Below, in pieces: positions 56,708 to 64,000 of a DNA stretch of 64,000 nucleotides (the stretch's first letter is position 1; every line of letters starts with the position of its first letter). The notes beneath the pieces are model-generated. The model had not been told where the DNA came from. It searched no databases and saw only the letters and a list, made by a program, of their open reading frames with translations. The position numbers and the translations under genes were made by a program. The stretch is from Octopus sinensis (Eukaryota), in the NCBI RefSeq assembly GCF_006345805.1, contig NC_043013.1, positions 32,116,001-32,180,000 on the forward strand, in the 5' to 3' direction.

Positions 56708-56765
<58 letters not shown>

Positions 56766-56766
<1 letters not shown>

Positions 56767-56900
56767 GTCTACCAAATCCACTCACAAGATTTTGGTCGGC
56801 CCGAGAGTATGGTAGAAGACACTTGTCCAAAGTGCCAAGCGGTGGGACTGAACCCAGAATCATGTGGTTCGAATCAAGCTTCTTACCACACAGCTATTGT
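56766..56900 (-). mobile_element. SINE family B head
   Basis: cgtctaccaaatccactcacaag...cttcttaccacacagc. Confidence 0.85.
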
Positions 56901-56902
56901 AC

Positions 56903-56972
<70 letters not shown>

Positions 56973-57789
56973 AGAGAGAGAGAGAGAAACAGACAGTCAG
57001 ACAGAGACAGAGACAGAGAGAGAAACGGAGTTATTTTATTGCACATGGGTAGAAATATTGGGAAAACAGAAGTTGAAAATACACTGAGAATAGTTAAAAT
57101 ATTTTTGATTAATATATTTGAAGTTTAACTGGTTTCACAGTTTACACTGATTTTCAAATAGTTCGAATAGAAAAACGTGTGGCTTATGTCGCAGCTGTCT
57201 TGCTTCTGCTTTTCTTTATTTGGCACCCAGGCCATAACATAGAGGGGACAGCACAAGGACAGACAGAACACTTACTGTGGAGACATAAAACGAATAAAAA
57301 TGAAAAAAAATGTATGATAAAAAGATAATGAAATGGCTGCATTGAACCCCGCTTCTCAAACAGTACCATTTTACTGTTAATTTATACAAGTTATGAAAGT
57401 TTTCTTTTTTTTTACATCTTTTTTTCCCGATTTTTAAATTAAAATCTATTTCCTTTTTCTTTTCTTTTTTTCATTTGTTAAAAAGTCTTTTTTTTTTTCC
57501 TCTTTAAAGTACTCCTTTATTTACCATTCATTAGTGGTATTAACTCCTCGTATGTAACTACTTTTGGTAGTTCTTCAAATTCAAATTCTTCCCCGAAGGG
57601 TTCACATCACATTTAAATAGCTCTTTTAACCTTTTATACCTTTCCTTGTCAATCAACACTCCCTTTATGTGTTTCGGGTAATGTTCAGCTGGTAAATTAA
57701 TCCCTATGGCACCTTTAAACTTCGTTATTTTCCGCTCTATGGCGGTACTTTTTAAATATGTTACTACATGCCACCTTTTCTTATTGGTA

Positions 57790-58431
57790 TTTACTTGTTT
57801 ATGCCCCAGACTTGATTACATCGACCCCAGTGCTGAGCTGGTACTTATTTTATCGATCCCGCAAGGATGATAAGATGAAAGGCAAAGTCGAGCTTGGCGG
57901 AATTTGGACACAGGAGTTACAGATGGACGAAATACCGCTTAGCATTTTGTCCGGAATGCTAACAGGTCTGTCTGTTCGCCGCACTAAGAGGGGCTAATAA
58001 TTCTTTCTACTACAGGCAGAAGGTAGGTACAAGGCCTAAAATTCTGGGAGACGGGTAAGTCAACAATGTCGACCCCAGTGCGTCGCTGCTACGTATATTG
58101 TCGACCCCAGAAATTTGAAAGGTATACTAGACCTCAGCGGAATTTGAGCTCGAAGGGTACAGACGGACAAAATGCGGTGAAGAGAAAGAGAGAGAGACTA
58201 ATAATAATATATATATGCTATATAATTGTTTCAAATTTTGCCACAAGGACGCCAATTTTGGGGAAGGGGATTACATCGATCCCAGTGTTCTACTGATACT
58301 CATTTTATCGACCCCGAAAGGGTGAAAGGTAAAGTCGACCGCAGCAGAAACTGAACTCAGAACGTATCGACAGGCGAAATACCGCTAAGTATTTCACCCG
58401 GCTTGGTAACAATTCTGCCAGCTCACCGCCT
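57790..58431 (-). mobile_element. Three adjacent family A SINE copies
   Basis: Repeated cgaccccagtg / ggcaaagtcga / ggaatttg blocks at ~57790-57985, 58000-58180, 58230-58431. Confidence 0.8.
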
Positions 58432-58454
58432 TATACATACACTATATCTTCTTT

Positions 58455-58724
58455 CACCCTTTTCAAGCCTAGCCAGGCTCCTGGGCCCGGTTTCCCGGTT
58501 TCTGTGGCGTATGTGTTTCCCTCAACTGGACGGGACGCCAGTCCATCGCAGCGTTACTCAAGAAACAGGAAGAGAGAGTACAAAAGGAGTCACCACCACC
58601 CCCTGCCGGCGCTCTTAGGTGTTTTCGCTCAATAAACACACAAAAACCTCCGTCCTGGGAATCGAAACTGCGATCCTCCGACGGCGAGTCCGCAGTCCTA
58701 ACCACTGGACCATTGCGCCTCCAC
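58455..58724 (-). mobile_element. SINE family C, tail type 1
   Basis: Reverse complement of the 4838-5085 head and tail (ctggacgggacgccagtccatcgcagcg). Confidence 0.85.
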
Positions 58725-59103
58725 TCACATACCATATTTTAATAATATAAAGTAGAAGTATTGCCTTTGCATGAGAACCTGACATTTATGTCCTATTTTA
58801 GATATTACAGTAATTATGCACTAGAAATTTAAATAAAACCTATTTTTAAAAGCATGCAAATTCATCTAAATTCGATAATTGTATAATATAAATAAGTTTG
58901 TGTATGGAAATTTTCAGTGAATATGCATTTGGATAAACGAGTTCGGTGGAGGAAAAACAGTGCATTTTAAAATTATTTATTAAAACATATGAAACATCTG
59001 AATTTGATATTTTTGTAATTATATCGCAGAAAAAAAAGTTTACATATGTGTAAATTGCATAATTTATGATGTGACGCATATACATACACACGCACACACC
59101 CAT

Positions 59104-59182
<79 letters not shown>

Positions 59183-59186
<4 letters not shown>

Positions 59187-60362
59187 CAGAAATACCCGGC
59201 GTTGCCGGGTTAGAGAAACTAAGTAAATTTTGAAATGCCTTTTAGATCTCTAACAAACGTGTAACATAGACTGCGCAGTTCTCACCTCTTTATAACTGAG
59301 ATACCATCTTTATACGTTAATAACCCGTCGTTTCCCAGGTTATTGAAAATAATGAAATTTAAGTATGCCTTATAAATCCCTAAGTAAAATGAAACATTGA
59401 TTATGCAGTTCTCAAAAGTTGTTAGCTGAGGTACCAACTATATCTGTCAATAACATGTTTTGTCCGGTGTTCTCACTGTTAAAATTGTTAAAAGAGCAGG
59501 TAGTTCTTTGTCTTTGCAATCACCTTCAATTTTCAGTACTTAGTTGAACCTGAAAATGCATAAATTTGAGAAGAACCTCCTTCTGGGCGCACCTCTCCTG
59601 TTACTAAATACAATTAACAAAACTGTTATCAGATGACGTGAGTATAAACAAATATATTGTAACAAATCCGGCAATCAATCACAGTTTAATTATCTAGAAC
59701 TTCTAAATATACAATGCTTTGGGTGTGTCCTTTAATTGATGTATACGTGAAAAGAATTTGAGGACTTCCAACTTGTGAACATCCTACATATAATTGCCCA
59801 TGGGAGAAGCAGCTTTGAGAGACTGTCTTTGAGATTTGTTTATTGACATAGCGAAATTTAGTTTCACTGGGAACCGGAACCGTTTAAATTCAAAGGGAGA
59901 TCATATGGGATTAACGGGATCCGTAGAATGAAGACATCCTCACCCAGATATAATTGTTGCCGCTAGGACATGGGGTCGCATTGCTTTCAACACCAGTCTA
60001 GTGTCATTGCACAGACGAAGTGACTCCGCATTCTTGGGTAGCATGATTAGGGCCCCCTTGTTAAGTATTGAGTGGTGAGTTGGAATCCCAGATGTCTGTA
60101 GAGAGTTCAGGAACTCAGGTGGAAAAACTACAGCCTGGTCTCCATCAATGACAGTGGCGAGGGATTTGAAAGACTGTTCCTGTTTGGGCGGCATCTGCAA
60201 GAGATCCCAGTTGATTTTGTCGATAGCATCATTATGTGGAGCTAAAATGGTTCGCCCAGAGAGCCATTGACTGTTGCTAAAGATGTGTGCAATGTTTGGG
60301 AGCACATACATTATGAGATCATTAATCGTCGCACCAGGGGTTTGGCCGTCCATAGAGGGCAC
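59183..60362 (-). mobile_element. Helitron 3' part: PIF1-like helicase C-terminus, 3' UTR, subterminal hairpin and CTAA end
   Basis: RTILAPHNDAIDKIN..FPPEFLNSL..GIPTH..LCNDTRL..FPVKLNFAMSINKSQ..CFSHGQLYVGCS..IVYLEVL; hairpin acccggcaacgccgggt (59194-59210) followed by CTAA (CTRR). Confidence 0.93.
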
Positions 60363-60376
60363 ACACAACTATATGT

Positions 60377-60464
<88 letters not shown>

Positions 60465-60477
60465 GACCTGTTGACAT

Positions 60478-60758
60478 ATGAAAGGCAAAGTCGACCTCGG
60501 CGGAATTTGAACTCAGGGCATAACGGCAGACGAAATACCTAGTTTTTTACTACCCACAAGTGGCTAATCTCAGAGGGGATAAACAAGGACGGATTAAGTC
60601 GATTACATCGAGCCCAGTGCGTAACTGGTACTTAATTTATCGACCCCGAAAGGATGGAAGGCAAAGTCGACCTCGGCGGAATTTGAACTCAGGACGTAAC
60701 GGCAGATGAAATACCGCTAAGGCATTTCGCTCGGCGCGCTAACGTTTCTGCCAGCTCG
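60478..60758 (-). mobile_element. SINE family A dimer
   Basis: Two gaaaggcaaagtcgacctcggcggaatttgaactcag units. Confidence 0.9.
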
Positions 60759-60793
60759 ATAAATGATGATGATGAGATGATGACGACGACGAC

Positions 60794-60882
<89 letters not shown>

Positions 60883-61148
60883 GGTTGGGGTGGCATTTGT
60901 AGTATTAGTATTAGCGACAGAACTTTATTTGTCGTGCCGATAATAGTAAAGTAAATGTGGTAGTGGTTAGCAGTGACAGTAGTGGTAGTTGTGGTGGTAG
61001 TAGTAATATATGAAGCAGACCTGTTGACAATGGAAAATTGTTGCAGAAATGAACGTGTACGTACAAATACAAAAATAGAAAGCTGCAGAAGAATATAAAA
61101 AATGGAAGTACTTTTAGAATTTATTTTTCTTATCAGAAACCGTCACAA

Positions 61149-61179
<31 letters not shown>

Positions 61180-61699
61180 TGTGTGTGTGTGTGTGTGGTG
61201 TGCGTTACTTAGTTACTACGTCAGAACGCCAGACAGAGGAAATTGACATTGACAAAACGGTTTGAAGAAGTGAATCATATATAGATATAAAGCAATATTA
61301 TTTATTTTTGATAAAAAAAATAAATCAAGATTGTATTATTTACAAGGTCAAATTATTCATGTGCCCCAAGTATGGTACAGATTGATCCAGAGGTGTGACC
61401 GAGCATAGGGGACACACAAAGTATTATATATATACACATACACCACCTCTATCCCCACCCTCAGCCTAACCCACACTCCACCCTTGATTTCTCACTCTCG
61501 CCACCCCTACATCCCAATACCATCACACCATACCACACACCATCACACAATACACCACCATACCACACAACACCACATCACACCATCACGTACACACAAG
61601 CACTGACCACTTCCCAGCCCCACATCCACACACCTACACATACACACACACACGTCAAGGTCACGAGCCCTCTTCCATACGCACATCCATGCTCTCTTA

Positions 61700-61982
61700 T
61701 ACACACGCACGCGCACCTTCGTTTTGGGATCACCACTACTTTATTATCTCCCCTTCTTCCCAACTTTCCTGTGTGACCCCCTCTGTCCGGCATTTGCAAT
61801 GATAGATCGCTAACCACTACTCATTCTTTATTTTCTCTCCTTGTTTCTTTCTGTGTACATTTCTGTGGAAGAGCGTAGGGTCAAAACGTTTAAGACTGAT
61901 TCACTTCCCGAGCGTTAAACTAATACATCTGTTTGTTGTCTACACCACCTGTCTTCGTTTTGTTTTTTTGTGAATTCTCCCT
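61700..61982 (+). mobile_element. Retroelement-like 3' end with decayed hammerhead-like segment, ending in (TA)n
   Basis: tttCTGTGGAagagcgtagggtcAAAACGTTtaag at ~61860-61894. Confidence 0.35.
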
Positions 61983-61986
61983 ATAT

Positions 61987-62031
<45 letters not shown>

Positions 62032-63379
62032 TAGGAGGCCAAAACAATAAACTGAACAATTAAATAAATCATTAATTGGATTGTTTTGTACAAACAAATG
62101 ACACATCTCATAAATTACATGTTTCCACTTCATTAATAAAACCAAGCTTTTGAAGATTAATAGAATCCCGTTTAAATATATAATGCGGTTTCATCAGATC
62201 AACATATATTCTTAAATATTACACAAAAAATAGCAATTAAAATATTTTATAACTGCTAACACTTTTCAAAAAACGCTTTTTGAAAGCGAGCTTAATCATA
62301 AATAAATAATCTGAATGAAATTATGTAAATTCCTAAATTTAAATCTTTTAGTATCTTGTTCTATAACCGATTTTGTTGCATAATACAGACATTCATATAT
62401 ACATATTTATATATATTTATATATGCATACGCATACCTATCCATTTATGTATATATGCATACACACACACGTACGTATACACACATGCATATTATTCATC
62501 TATATATATATATTTACAATATGCATATATATACAATTCCATACACACATGTCTATATATTTATGGTAAAACATTTTAAATATCAACTCAAATCTAAATA
62601 AAAGAATTTATATCTAGATAAAAGAATTTATAATATAAATCTTACTTACAATATATTTAAGTTATAGTTTAAAGTAAATACAGGAGAGGTGACCATTTTT
62701 CTATTTATAGAAACAAAAAGGAAAATGAAACCAACTCGATACGGTCATAGAAAAATAATTTAAATAAATACATACAACAAAAACAAGGTAATACAATACA
62801 AACAAAACATCCCAAACATGAACAACGAGCCAAAATAACAAATTAAACAAGATAAATACGCTATATCTTCATATATGCCACATTATTCATTCACTCACAT
62901 ACATATACATTCATCATCAGTGACTTTCACTCGGTTCCCGAAGGTTAAAGCTAACTCATCTTATCAGTTTATAGAGAAAACCGTAGGAATAAGAGGCTGA
63001 TTCCATGCGCTTATATATCGTCTACATACTTGCATATATTTGGACGAACATTCTCAGAGGCATACACCGTTATTGGTGCTTGTAATATGTACATAACATT
63101 GCATAAAATAAAATTGCTTTTATGCTTTATAGAAAATAGAACTGACATTAGCAATACGAGAATCATAATTTACCTGAAACGGTCACCATCTTAATTCACC
63201 AACCACCCCGACTTGAATACATCTAACTGATTCTAGCATCATAAGCAAAATAATTATCAGCCACAAAATTCATCATGTATTCATCATTACCTTTTAAGCA
63301 ATCGTAGATTGAATATTAATTATCTAAATTCTAACAATAATTGATAAAATATAGTTCTTGGTTTATCAAATAAAATGGT

Positions 63380-63657
<278 letters not shown>

Positions 63658-64000
63658 CTAGTCAGATATATATTTTGCATCTATTTTAGGACATTCTTTT
63701 AAATATGCAAAAAGGTTTCAACGTCATACAGTCAAACCATTGATATATTTCTAAAGTTCTGAGTCGTTTTACCAAATGTAAGTAAACAGTTGACGTATTC
63801 TCGCGAATGAAATGAGACGGTGTCTGTCTCCGTGTGAATAGGGATTCTTTAAACAGATAATAGTGAAAACAAAATATGTCGGTAACGATGTCAAAGAAAA
63901 TGTCTTCTTTTACTCAGCAAAGCTTTGGAATAAATGGTAGATTGATAGATAGATAATGGTGTATGTGAAAATACATAAATAGATACACACGCGCACACAC

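Overview
AT-rich, gene-poor eukaryotic DNA saturated with (TA)n, (GATA)n, (CA)n and (AAT)n microsatellites. The repeat repertoire resembles an octopus-type cephalopod genome (inference from recognising the SINE families, not proven). Nearly all ORFs in the supplied track are microsatellite artefacts. The only credible host-gene signal is a minus-strand signal-peptide exon at 1254-1353 ending in a GTAAGA donor, with possible upstream 5'-UTR exons near 17.2-17.7 kb. The rest is transposon debris: three tRNA-derived SINE families, two Tx1/L1-like LINE 3' ends sitting in (GATA)n, a CR1 endonuclease fragment, several Tc1/mariner relics, and a Helitron helicase with its 3' hairpin. The most notable pattern is a recurring cassette, (TA)n - inverted copy - forward copy plus short tail - (TA)n, found five times with unrelated sequences (11.3, 22.8, 35.6, 40.7-42.2 and 55.4 kb). 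One encloses a Penelope-like RT/GIY-YIG fragment. Three carry minimal type-I hammerhead ribozyme motifs on both arms, and a solo hammerhead sits at 38.5 kb. The cores include canonical, U4C and compensatory U3:A8 variants. A second pattern is a SINE that shares its 3' tail with the (GATA)n-associated Tx1-like LINE and inserts at AGAAA sites, including inside itself.
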